64,000 nucleotides of DNA from Micrococcales bacterium 73-13 (lineage in GTDB: Bacteria; Actinomycetota; Actinomycetes; Actinomycetales; Microbacteriaceae). This document shows positions 8,185 through 16,867 of this stretch, in pieces. The DNA lies in NCBI GenBank assembly GCA_001898855.1, contig MKVN01000022.1, positions 9,883 through 73,882 of the forward strand, read 5' to 3'. Positions within the stretch are counted from its first letter, which is position 1. The number at the start of each line of letters is the position of its first letter. The notes beneath the pieces are model-generated. The model saw nothing but the letters and a program-made list of their open reading frames with translations. It made no database searches and was not told the DNA's origin. The position numbers and the translations under genes are program-made.

Positions 8185-9954
8185 TCAGCGGAACAGGTTC
8201 TTCAGCACGCCGCGCAGCACGCCGTTGACCGTGGTCTGGATCGCCGAGCCGATCACCCGCTCGGTGGTCGAGGTCGAGCGGCGCCGGGTGGTGGTCCGCC
8301 GTGCCGAGCGCTCGTACTGCTCCTTCGCCCGCCGGTAGGCCTCGTCGCCGGGGTCGTCGGCCCTGGGGGTCGGCGGCTGCTTGGTCAGGGACGCGTTCAT
8401 CTTCGCGGCGAGCAGCTCGCGCGCGGACTCGCGGTCGATCGGGGTGCCGTACCGCGCGGCCAGCGGCGATGCGGCGACCTGGGCGGCGAGCGCCGCGGGG
8501 TCGGTCGGCGCCATCGAGGCCTGCGGCGCGCGCATCCTGGTCCACGCGACCGGCGACGGGGCGCCGTCCTCGTTCATCACCGTCACGATCGCCTCGCCGG
8601 TCGGCAGCGCCGTGAGCACCTCCTCGAGGTCGTATCCGGACCTCGGGAACGTGCCGACCGCGGCGCGCAGCGCCTTCGCGTCATCGGGCGTGTGCGCGCG
8701 CAGCTGGTGCTGGACCCGGGAGCCGAGCTGCGCGAGCACGTCGTTCGGCAGGTCCTTCGGCGACTGGGTGACGAAGACGATGCCCACGCCCTTGGAGCGG
8801 ATGAGCCGGACGGTCGCGACGATCGAGGCGAGGAAGTCCTTCGACGCCCCGCGGAACAGCAGGTGCGCCTCGTCGAAGAAGAACACCAGCTTCGGCCGCT
8901 CGGTGTCGCCGACCTCCGGCAGCGACTCGAAGAGGTCCGCGAGCAGCCACATCAGGAACGTGGAGAACACGGCCGGCTGGTCGTAGACCTCGGGGATCTC
9001 GAGCAGCGAGATGACGCCGCGGCCATCGGGCGCCTGGCGCAGGAGCAGCTCGGTGTCGATCTCCGGCTCGCCGAAGAACGCGTCGGCGCCCTGGTCGGCG
9101 AACGCGATGAGCTCGCGCAGGATGACGCCGGCGGTCGCCTTGGACAGGCCGCCGAGCTCGGCGAGCTCCGCCTTCCCCTCGTCCGAGACCAGGTAGGTGA
9201 GCACGGCTCGCAGGTCGGAGAGGTCGAGCAGCGGCAGGCCCGCCTCGTCCGCGTAGTGGAAGACCAGGCCGAGCGAGGACTCCTGCGTCTCGTTGAGGCC
9301 GAGGATGCGGCTGAGCAGCAGGGGGCCGAAGCTGCTGACGGTCGCCCGGATCGGGATGCCCGTCCCCCGCCCGCCGAGGCTGTAGAACTCCGTGGGGAAC
9401 GCCGCAGGCGTCCAGTCCTGGCCGATGCTCGCGGTGCGGGCGAGCAGCCGCTCGCTGCTGGTGCCCGGGGTGGCGACGCCGGAGAGGTCGCCCTTGACGT
9501 CGGCGGCGAAGACCGGGACGCCGTTCGCGCTGAGCTGCTCGGCGATCAGCTGCAGGGTGCGGGTCTTGCCGGTGCCGGTCGCGCCGGCGACGAGACCGTG
9601 CCGGTTCAGCATGCCGATCGGGACGCGGACGCGGACCTCCGGCAGCGCGACCCCGTCGACGAGCGCGCCGAGCTCGAGCGCGGGGGCGGAGAACGCGTAC
9701 CCGGCGCGGACCGCCTCGGCGCCGGCGGGGCCGAGCGGGCCTGCGGCGGCCGCGCCGGCGCTCCGGGTCTGGTCGCCCACGGCGGTCTCCTCGACCGCCG
9801 ATGCCACCTCGACCGACGACGACCCTTCGGCCGCCTCGGCCGCCGGGGCGTCCGCCGCCTGCTGCGAGAGCTGCGCGCGCAGCGCCTCGACCTGGGCCTG
9901 CAGCGCCGCCAGCTGCTCCTGCGCCGCCGCGAGCGCGTCCGCCGGGTCCGTCAT
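8185..9954 (-). CDS. HerA-like (DUF853/YjgR-type) P-loop ATPase
   Basis: 589-aa ORF. Walker A GATGTGKT, Walker B KLVFFFDEAHLLF, and the FVTQSPKDLP motif typical of the DUF853 family. It carries an N-terminal coiled-coil/Ala-rich extension and a basic C-terminal tail. Confidence 0.85.
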   Translation of the reverse strand: MTDPADALAAAQEQLAALQAQVEALRAQLSQQAADAPAAEAAEGSSSVEVASAVEETAVGDQTRSAGAAAAGPLGPAGAEAVRAGYAFSAPALELGALVDGVALPEVRVRVPIGMLNRHGLVAGATGTGKTRTLQLIAEQLSANGVPVFAADVKGDLSGVATPGTSSERLLARTASIGQDWTPAAFPTEFYSLGGRGTGIPIRATVSSFGPLLLSRILGLNETQESSLGLVFHYADEAGLPLLDLSDLRAVLTYLVSDEGKAELAELGGLSKATAGVILRELIAFADQGADAFFGEPEIDTELLLRQAPDGRGVISLLEIPEVYDQPAVFSTFLMWLLADLFESLPEVGDTERPKLVFFFDEAHLLFRGASKDFLASIVATVRLIRSKGVGIVFVTQSPKDLPNDVLAQLGSRVQHQLRAHTPDDAKALRAAVGTFPRSGYDLEEVLTALPTGEAIVTVMNEDGAPSPVAWTRMRAPQASMAPTDPAALAAQVAASPLAARYGTPIDRESARELLAAKMNASLTKQPPTPRADDPGDEAYRRAKEQYERSARRTTTRRRSTSTTERVIGSAIQTTVNGVLRGVLKNLFR

Positions 9955-9963
9955 GGCACCAGG

Positions 9964-11244
9964 CTAGACGGGAAGCTCCCGCTGCCCCCAGCCCTGCCCG
10001 TAGCCGCCCTCCGACTCCGGCCGCGCCATGAGCTCGAGGAACGGGTCCGCCTCGAACGCCTCCGGCCCGAGCACCCCGGTGCCGGACCAGACGCCGGTCG
10101 CGAGCAGCTCGAGCGCGATGACCGGGTTCAGCGCGGTCTGCCAGACGACGCACTGCGAGGCGTACTCGCGCATCGTCCACTCGTTGTCGGCGACGTGGTA
10201 CAGGTACGTCGACCGCGGCGCGCCGTCGACGCCGGTGCCGCGCGCCCACAGGCCCGCGCAGGTCTTCCCGGTCATCCGCGGCCCGATCGTCGCCGGGTCC
10301 GGCAGGCCGGCGGCCACCACGTCCCGCGGGGCGACCTCGACCGGCCCGGCGGCCGAGCGCACCCGGAGCGGCTCGGTGCGGTCGAGCCCGAGCGCGTGCA
10401 GCGTCTTCAGGATGCCGATCATCTCGTCCCCGAGCCCGTACTTGAAGGTCACCCGCCGCGCCCGGTCGCCGAGCCAGCGCGGCATCAGCAGCACCTCCTC
10501 GTGCTCGACGTTGACGCACTCGACCGGCCCGATCCCCTCCGGGAAGTCGAACACCTCCGGCTCGGAGAAGGGCGCCGTCGTCCGGAACCCGCTCCCGCGC
10601 TCCCAGACGACCGGCGGGTTCAGGCACTCCTCGATGACGGTCCAGATGGAGAACGACGGCGCGAAGACCTCCTCGCCGTGCTCGTCGCGCACCACGAGGT
10701 TCGCGCCGTCCCTGGTGCCGAGCTCCTCGACCTCGGCGAAGAGGCGGTCGACGGCGTAGCGGGCGAACACGTCGGAGAGCCCCGGCTCGACGCCCATCCC
10801 GACCAGCGCGAGCCGGCCCGCGCCCTCCCACTCGGCCGCGAGCGCGAACTGGTCGTCGCCGAGCTTGACGAAGGGCTCCCGGTACGGGTCGGTCGGGTGC
10901 GGCACGGACAGGCTCATCGCCATGTCGAGGTAGTCGGCGCCGGCGGCGAACGCGCCCCGGAAGACGGGCATCACGAACTTCGGCTCGACCGCGTTCATCA
11001 CGTGCGTCGCGCCGTGGCGGCGCGCGACCTCGGCGACGACGTCCTCGTCGGAGGCGTCGATCCGGTCCGCGGCGAACCTCGCGGCGACCTCGGGCCCGTG
11101 CCGCTGCGCGATCCAGGCGACGGTGCGCTCGGCGCGCTCGAGCGCGTAGTCGGCGACGACGACGCGCTCGAAGCACGAGCGCCGGGCAGCGATCTTCGCG
11201 ATCGCGTCCCCGACGCCTCCGGCGCCGACCAGCAGGATCCGCAT
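9964..11244 (-). CDS. Saccharopine dehydrogenase family oxidoreductase
   Basis: 426-aa ORF with N-terminal Rossmann MRILLVGAGGVGDAIAKIAA. Overall similarity to the saccharopine dehydrogenase NADP-binding and C-terminal domains is recalled from family knowledge. Confidence 0.85.
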   Translation of the reverse strand: MRILLVGAGGVGDAIAKIAARRSCFERVVVADYALERAERTVAWIAQRHGPEVAARFAADRIDASDEDVVAEVARRHGATHVMNAVEPKFVMPVFRGAFAAGADYLDMAMSLSVPHPTDPYREPFVKLGDDQFALAAEWEGAGRLALVGMGVEPGLSDVFARYAVDRLFAEVEELGTRDGANLVVRDEHGEEVFAPSFSIWTVIEECLNPPVVWERGSGFRTTAPFSEPEVFDFPEGIGPVECVNVEHEEVLLMPRWLGDRARRVTFKYGLGDEMIGILKTLHALGLDRTEPLRVRSAAGPVEVAPRDVVAAGLPDPATIGPRMTGKTCAGLWARGTGVDGAPRSTYLYHVADNEWTMREYASQCVVWQTALNPVIALELLATGVWSGTGVLGPEAFEADPFLELMARPESEGGYGQGWGQRELPV

Positions 11245-11320
11245 CCGCTCAGCGTAGGGGCGCGGTGCTCGCCGGTCGAGCGATCGTCCCGCCGGGTGCG
11301 GCGGCCCGGCGGCGCCGGGC

Positions 11321-12427
11321 TCAGAAGACGATGACGGGCTTGACGGTCACGCCGTGGTGCATGTCCTGCGCCGCCTGCTCGATCTCCTCGAGCGGGTAGC
11401 GCCGCTGCATCCGCTCGAGCGGCAGCTCGCCGGCGGCGTGCAGCTCGACCAGCTCGCGGATCAGCTCCGGCGGGTTCGCGTCGCCCATCGTGATGCCCTT
11501 GAGCGCCTTGCCGAGCAGCAGCCCGGTCATCTCGACCGGCAGCGGCGTGCCCGGCGCCGCGACCCCGACGACGAGCACGGTGCCGCCGACCGCCGCCGAG
11601 TCCATCGCGGCGGCGCCGACCGCGGGCGACGCCGTGGTGTCGAAGGCGAGGGTCGTGCCGCGCCCCCCGGTGAGCTCCGCGATCCGCGCGGCGACGTCCT
11701 CGCTCGAGGCGTCGATCGCGTGCGTCGCGCCGAGCTCCAGCGCGAGCGCCAGGCGCTCCGGCACCCGGTCGATCGCGATCAGCACCGCCGGGCGGCGGCG
11801 GGCCGCGCCCCAGATCGCGGCGAGGCCGACCGCGCCGACGCCGTAGACGGCGACGAGGTCCTCGGGACCGGGCCGCAGCTCGTTCCACATCGCGCCGACC
11901 CCGGTGATGACGCCGCAGCCGAGCGGGGCGAGCACCGCGAGGTCGGCGGAGCCGTCGACCTTCACGAGCGCGCGCTCGTCGGCGATCGAGTACTCGGCGA
12001 ACGCGGACTGGCCGAAGAAGTGGGCGTGGGTCGGCTCGCCGCCCAGCCGCGTCGCGCCCGAGTCGGCGCCGCGGACGTCGCCGAGCACGTTCCGCGGGAA
12101 CCAGGTCGTGCAGTAGGCGGGATGGCCGCCGCGGCAGGGCGCGCAGTCGCCGCAGGAGGTGAAGCTCATCAGCACCCGGTCGCCCGGCGCGACCGAGGTC
12201 ACGCCCGGCCCGACCCGCTCGACGACGCCGGCGCCCTCATGACCGAGGATCCCCGGCAGCGCGAACGGCGCCCCGATCGCCTGCACGCCGAGGTCGGTGT
12301 GGCAGAGCCCGGTCGCGACGAGACGGACGAGGACCTCGCCGCTGCCCGGCTCGTCGAACTCCAGCTCGACCACCTCGAAGGGTGCTCCGGCCCCCGTGAC
12401 GAGGGCGCCTCTCCCGGTCGTCGTCAT
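11321..12427 (-). CDS. Zn-dependent alcohol dehydrogenase (aryl/benzyl alcohol dehydrogenase-like)
   Basis: Start refined to ATG 12427 (MTTTGRGALV...), preceded by GAGAGGAAG. Motifs: GLCHTDL, GHEGAGVVE, the structural Zn cysteines SCGDCAPC, and the nucleotide fold VYGVGAVGL. Confidence 0.9.
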   Translation of the reverse strand: MTTTGRGALVTGAGAPFEVVELEFDEPGSGEVLVRLVATGLCHTDLGVQAIGAPFALPGILGHEGAGVVERVGPGVTSVAPGDRVLMSFTSCGDCAPCRGGHPAYCTTWFPRNVLGDVRGADSGATRLGGEPTHAHFFGQSAFAEYSIADERALVKVDGSADLAVLAPLGCGVITGVGAMWNELRPGPEDLVAVYGVGAVGLAAIWGAARRRPAVLIAIDRVPERLALALELGATHAIDASSEDVAARIAELTGGRGTTLAFDTTASPAVGAAAMDSAAVGGTVLVVGVAAPGTPLPVEMTGLLLGKALKGITMGDANPPELIRELVELHAAGELPLERMQRRYPLEEIEQAAQDMHHGVTVKPVIVF

Positions 12428-12546
12428 GTGCTTCCTCTCGCCGTTGAGGGATTCGGGCATCTGCCGCATAATCAGTAAACCTGATAATCACGCTCGGGCG
12501 CGAGCGCGTTCCGATCGGGCGGTTTCTCGACGAGGAGATGACTGAG

Positions 12547-14010
12547 ATGAGCGGTACGAGCGTGCTGGCGGGGCCGGCGAAGCTGTACATCGGCGGCGAG
12601 TGGGCGGAGGCCTCCGGCGGGGAGCGCCGCGACATCGTCGACCCGGCCACGGGCACGAAGATCGCCGACGTCCCCGAGGGCACCACCGCCGACGCCGACG
12701 CGGCGATCGCGGCGGCGAAGGCGGCCTTCCCCGAATGGTCGGCGAAGTCCGGGCGCGAGCGCTCGCGCATCCTGAACCGGGTCGCGCAGCTCATGGGCGA
12801 GCGGCTCGAGGCCTTCGCCCAGGCCGAGACGCAGGACGTCGGCAAGCCGATCCTGTTCACCCGGATGATCGACATCCCGACGGCGATCGAGCAGTTCGAG
12901 TACTTCGCGGCGCTCGCGCAGACGCTCGACGGCTCGGTGCGCGAGACGCCGCTGCCGGCGCTCTCGCTGGTGCGCCGCGAGCCGCTCGGCGTGGTCGCGG
13001 CGATCACCCCGTTCAACTTCCCGATGATCCTGGCCGCGTCGAAGCTCGCGCCGGCGCTCGCCGCGGGCAACACGATCGTGCACAAGCCGGCCGAGGACAC
13101 CCCGCTGTCGGCGTTCCTGCTCGCCGAGGTGCTCGCCGACGCGGGCGTGCCGAGCGGGGTCTACAACCTCGTGACCGGGCCGGGCGCCGAGCTCGGCGAC
13201 CACATCGTCGCGCACCCGGACGTCGCGGCGATCGCGTTCACCGGCTCGACGACGGTCGGCAAGCGCATCGCCTCGGTCGCCGGCGCGAGCCTCAAGCCGG
13301 CGATGACGGAGCTCGGCGGCAACGGGGCGAACATCGTGTTCGCGGACGCCGACCTCGACGCGGCGGTCACGACGGTCATCAACGCGTTCGTCTACAACAC
13401 CGGCCAGTTCTGCATGTCCGGCACCCGGCTGCTCGTCGAGCGGCCGATCCACGACACGCTCGTCGGCATCCTGGCCGGCGCCGTGCCGCACGTCCCGCTC
13501 GGCAGCCCGAGCGATCCCGGCACGGTCATCGGTCCGCTCGTCAGCGAGCGGCAGCGGACGCGCGTGCAGCGCCTCGTCGACCAGGCGGTCGCCGACGGCG
13601 GCACGGTCGTCGCGGGCGGGGCGCCGCTCGACCTCGACGGCGGCTACTACTACCCGCCGACGATCATCACGGGCGTGCCGAACGACTCGGAGGCCGTGCA
13701 GGAGGAGATCTTCGGCCCGGTGCTCACCGTGCAGGCCTTCGACACCGAGGCCGAGGCGATCGAGCTCGCGAACTCGACGCGCTACGGGCTCGCGGCCGGC
13801 GTGCAGACCGCCGACGCCGCGAAGGCGCTGCGGGTGACGAAGGCGCTCAAGGCCGGCGTGCAGTGGGTCAACGGCTGGGCGATGCTCGACCCCTCGGTCC
13901 CGTTCGGCGGCTACAAGGACTCGGGCCTCGGCCGGGAGAGCGGCCCCGAGGCGCTGCTGAACTACACGCGGTCGAAGTCGGTGACGATCTCCGTCCCGCC
14001 CGCCTCGTGA
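12547..14010 (+). CDS. NAD(P)-dependent aldehyde dehydrogenase
   Basis: Track ORF 12538-14010. ATG 12547 has better GAGGAG spacing (9 nt) than 12538. Motifs: ELGGNG, catalytic FNTGQFCMSGTR, and the EEIFGPV glutamate box. Confidence 0.92.
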   Translation: MSGTSVLAGPAKLYIGGEWAEASGGERRDIVDPATGTKIADVPEGTTADADAAIAAAKAAFPEWSAKSGRERSRILNRVAQLMGERLEAFAQAETQDVGKPILFTRMIDIPTAIEQFEYFAALAQTLDGSVRETPLPALSLVRREPLGVVAAITPFNFPMILAASKLAPALAAGNTIVHKPAEDTPLSAFLLAEVLADAGVPSGVYNLVTGPGAELGDHIVAHPDVAAIAFTGSTTVGKRIASVAGASLKPAMTELGGNGANIVFADADLDAAVTTVINAFVYNTGQFCMSGTRLLVERPIHDTLVGILAGAVPHVPLGSPSDPGTVIGPLVSERQRTRVQRLVDQAVADGGTVVAGGAPLDLDGGYYYPPTIITGVPNDSEAVQEEIFGPVLTVQAFDTEAEAIELANSTRYGLAAGVQTADAAKALRVTKALKAGVQWVNGWAMLDPSVPFGGYKDSGLGRESGPEALLNYTRSKSVTISVPPAS

Positions 14011-15728
14011 AGGACGCGACCGGATCGCGCACGGACGGCGGGACCGAGGCCCTCGCGGCCGAGCCCGCCTGGGACGTGAACTGGTCCCAGCTCTGGGACC
14101 GGGTCGCGGCCGCCCGGCCGGACGCGATCGCGATCGAGTCGCCCGGGGCGACCCGCGACTACGCGGAGCTGGAGGACCGGGCCTCACGGCTGGCCCGCGC
14201 CTTCGCGGACCTCGGGGTCGGCGCCGGGGACACCGTCGGACTGTTCCTGTACAACCGCGCCGAGTACCTGGAGGCGATCTACGCGGCGTTCAAGCTCGGC
14301 GCCATCCCGGTGAACATGAACTTCCGCTACCGGGCGCAGGAGCTCGCGGAGCTCGTCTCGATCTCCCGCAGCCGGGTCCTCGTGGCCCCCTCCTCGCTGC
14401 GCACCGAGGTCGCCGGGGCCCTCGAGCTGCTGCGGGCGGCGACCGGGGACGGCGAGGCGCGCCCCGAGACGGCGCCGGCGCTCGTCGAGATCGACGACGG
14501 GCTCGCGCCGGACGCCGGCGCCGCGCCCGAGGGCGCGCTGGCCTACGAGTCGCTGCTCCGCGAGCGCTACGACGGCCCCGACGTCCGCCGCGGCGCCGAC
14601 CAGATCCACCTCTTCACCGGCGGCACGACCGGGACGCCGAAGGCGGTGATCTGGCAGCACGGCGACCTGCTCGACGCGCAGCTGGTGTCCCTCTACGGCA
14701 CCGGACCGGCCGGCGCGCTCCCGGACAGCGTCGACGCGATGGTCGCCATCGCGACCGACCCCGACCGGCCGGCGCCGAAGATGCTGCCGATCGCCCCGCT
14801 CATGCACTCCTCGGCGATGTTCAACTCGATGAACACGCTGACGCTCGGCGGCACCGTCGTCTTCCTCGACAACCCGCGCTTCGACCCGGCCCAGGTGCTC
14901 CGCACCATCCAGGATCGCCGAGTCACCCGCACCGTCATCGCGGGCAACGCGGTCTCCGCGCCGCTCGTCGACGAGCTGCGCCGCGCGGCCGCCGGTGGCG
15001 AGCCGTACGACGTGTCCTCGCTCGACCTGATCGTCTCCTCCGGGATGGCCTGGACCGACGAGTCGAAGGCGGAGCTGCTCGAGCACCTCTCCGGCGCGCT
15101 GCTGTTCGACATCTTCGGCGCGACCGAGGGGGGGCCGTTCGCGTACGCCTTCGTCCGGTCCCCGGAGGACCTGCCGAGCCGGATCGTGCTCGCGCAGGGG
15201 GCCGTCGTGCTCGACGAGGACGGAGCGGAGCTCGACCGCGAGTCGGGTGCGACCGGGGTGCTCGCCTACGCCGGGCCGAAGCCGCTCGGCTACCGCGACG
15301 CGCCGGAGCAGACGGCGAGGACCTACCGGCGGGTCGGCGACCGGCTCTACGTCGCCCCCGGCGACTACGTGCGGCTGCTCGGCGGCGGACGCGTCGAGTT
15401 CCTCGGCCGCAGCTCCGCGACGGTGAACACCGGCGGGGAGAAGGTGTACCCGGCCGAGGTCGAGGACGCGCTGCGGCGACATCCCGACGTCACGGACGCG
15501 GTCGTCTTCGGCGTCGCGGACCGCCGCTGGGGGCAGGCGGTCGCCGCGGTGGTCGCGGTCCGGCCGGGCTCGACGGCCACCGCCGAGGAGCTCACAGGCC
15601 TGGTCGGCGACCGGCTCGCCGGCTACAAGAAGCCCCGCCGCCTGGTGCTGGTCGACTCGCTCGAGCGCACCCCGAGCGGGAAGGCGGACATGCGCCGCAT
15701 GCAGGCGCTCGTCGAGTCCGCCGGCTGA
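14007..15728 (+). CDS. AMP-dependent synthetase/ligase (acyl-CoA synthetase family)
   Basis: This is the real part of the 1042-aa track ORF. The GTG at 14007 overlaps the aldehyde dehydrogenase stop (GTGA). AMP-binding motif LFTGGTTGTPKAV, NTGGEKVYPAEVE, and C-terminal GKADMRR lysine. Confidence 0.88.
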   Translation: MKDATGSRTDGGTEALAAEPAWDVNWSQLWDRVAAARPDAIAIESPGATRDYAELEDRASRLARAFADLGVGAGDTVGLFLYNRAEYLEAIYAAFKLGAIPVNMNFRYRAQELAELVSISRSRVLVAPSSLRTEVAGALELLRAATGDGEARPETAPALVEIDDGLAPDAGAAPEGALAYESLLRERYDGPDVRRGADQIHLFTGGTTGTPKAVIWQHGDLLDAQLVSLYGTGPAGALPDSVDAMVAIATDPDRPAPKMLPIAPLMHSSAMFNSMNTLTLGGTVVFLDNPRFDPAQVLRTIQDRRVTRTVIAGNAVSAPLVDELRRAAAGGEPYDVSSLDLIVSSGMAWTDESKAELLEHLSGALLFDIFGATEGGPFAYAFVRSPEDLPSRIVLAQGAVVLDEDGAELDRESGATGVLAYAGPKPLGYRDAPEQTARTYRRVGDRLYVAPGDYVRLLGGGRVEFLGRSSATVNTGGEKVYPAEVEDALRRHPDVTDAVVFGVADRRWGQAVAAVVAVRPGSTATAEELTGLVGDRLAGYKKPRRLVLVDSLERTPSGKADMRRMQALVESAG

Positions 15729-15771
15729 GCGAGCGATCCGGGCCGGCGGCCGGCCGGGCCGGCGCTCCGGG

Positions 15772-16749
15772 TCAGACCAGCGTGCTGAGCAGCACCCCCG
15801 GCCGCGCCCCGACGTGCGAGATGACCTCGGCGGCCGCGACGCCGCCGAGGCGCGCACACTCGTCGAGCGGGAGGCCGCGGGTGAAGCCGTGCAGGAAGCC
15901 CGACGCGTACAGGTCGCCGGCGCCGGTCGTGTCGACCACGCGTGCGACCGGCTCCGCCTCCACCGCGTAGGTCTCGCCGCCGCGGACCACGACCGAGCCG
16001 CGCTCGCTGCGGGTCAGCACCATGACCTTCTCCTCGCGGCGCGCCCGCTCCATCGCCGCCTCGAAGGAGTCGACCTCGTAGAGGGACATGATCTCGACCT
16101 CGTTCGCGAAGACGACGTCGAGGTGGTTCGAGACCAGGTCGCGGAACTCGCCCCGGAAGCGGTCGACGCAGAACGGGTCGGACAGCGTCAGCGAGGTGAG
16201 CCGGCCGGCGCCGTGCGCGGCGTCGAAGGCCTTGAGCACGGCCGCCTTCGCGGCGTCGGTGTCCCACAGGTAGCCCTCGACGTAGACGATCCGCGCCGAG
16301 GCGACGTAGTCCTCGTCGATGTCCGCCGGGCCGAGGCCGCGGCCCGCGCCGAGATAGGTGTTCATGGTGCGCTGCGCGTCCGGCGACACGAAGATGAGGC
16401 AGCGTCCCGTCGCCGGGCCCTCGGTCGCCCGCGGCACCTCGAAGCTCACGCCGATCGACTGCAGGTCGTGCGCGAAGACGTCGCCGAGCTGGTCGTCGCG
16501 GACCTTGCCGATGAACGCGCCGCGACCGCCGAGCGAGGCGATGCCGGCCATCGTGTTCCCCGCCGAGCCGCCGGACATCTCGATCCCCGGCCCCATCGCG
16601 CCGTAGATGTCGACGGCACGGCCCTCGTCGATGAGGTGCATGGTGCCCTTGGCGAGGCCGAGCTCGTCGAGGAACGCGTCCTCGGCGTGCGAGAGCACGT
16701 CGACCATGGCGTTCCCCATGCCGAGGACGTCGAAGATCGCGTCGGTCAT
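15772..16749 (-). CDS. PfkB-family carbohydrate/adenosine kinase
   Basis: 325-aa ORF. N terminus FDVLGMGNAMVDVL, SGGSAGNT, and C-terminal DTTGAGDLYASGFL (PfkB signature 2). The pattern resembles adenosine kinase. Confidence 0.88.
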   Translation of the reverse strand: MTDAIFDVLGMGNAMVDVLSHAEDAFLDELGLAKGTMHLIDEGRAVDIYGAMGPGIEMSGGSAGNTMAGIASLGGRGAFIGKVRDDQLGDVFAHDLQSIGVSFEVPRATEGPATGRCLIFVSPDAQRTMNTYLGAGRGLGPADIDEDYVASARIVYVEGYLWDTDAAKAAVLKAFDAAHGAGRLTSLTLSDPFCVDRFRGEFRDLVSNHLDVVFANEVEIMSLYEVDSFEAAMERARREEKVMVLTRSERGSVVVRGGETYAVEAEPVARVVDTTGAGDLYASGFLHGFTRGLPLDECARLGGVAAAEVISHVGARPGVLLSTLV

Positions 16750-16832
16750 GAGGTGCTTCCCCTCGGGCTCGCCGGATCGGACCGACGACGATTCTGGCAG
16801 ACCCGCGGACCGAAGCCGGACGCCGCGCGGCG

Positions 16833-16861
16833 TTCAGCTTGGGCTGCACAGCGTTTAGGCT
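16833..16861 (+). promoter_or_regulatory. Candidate sigma-A type promoter giving a leaderless transcript for the flavin oxidoreductase gene
   Basis: TTCAGC (16833-16838), 17-nt spacer, TAGGCT (16856-16861), with ATG at 16868 only 6 nt after the -10. No SD sequence fits in that gap. Confidence 0.35.
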
Positions 16862-16867
16862 GACTTA

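Noticed and set aside
5912-9954. Possible genomic island integrated at tRNA-Ser, and similarly at tRNA-Arg (30209-30281)
   Set aside because: I could find no integrase, recombinase, phage or transposase gene, and no direct repeat of the tRNA 3' end. Base composition shows no obvious shift by eye.
8185-9954. HerA-like ATPase as the core of an anti-phage defence system
   Set aside because: No partner nuclease or effector (NurA, Sir2, DUF4297-like) is adjacent. The protein matches the widely conserved housekeeping-type DUF853/YjgR pattern, and its neighbours are metabolic genes.
8681-11334. 831-aa minus-strand and 880-aa plus-strand ORFs spanning the HerA-like and saccharopine dehydrogenase genes
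   Set aside because: These are Arg-rich nonsense translations crossing two well-supported genes, a typical high-GC open-frame artefact.
12461-12495. AT-rich direct repeat ATAATCA (12468-12474 and 12484-12490) with an ATCAG-N5-CTGAT inverted repeat between the divergent alcohol and aldehyde dehydrogenase genes
   Set aside because: The simplest explanation is the two -10 hexamers (GATAAT on the plus strand, GATTAT on the minus strand) of the divergent promoters. The arms are only 5 bp and no adjacent regulator gene is present.
12600-15728. 1042-aa ORF suggesting a fused aldehyde dehydrogenase-ligase protein or a frameshifted pseudogene
   Set aside because: Only the part from the GTG at 14007 is meaningful (AMP-ligase motifs). 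The upstream part is an out-of-frame read of the aldehyde dehydrogenase gene, which is intact in its own frame. No frameshift is needed. The same logic applies to 53734-56433, 30970-33126, 34553-36517 and 60791-62917.
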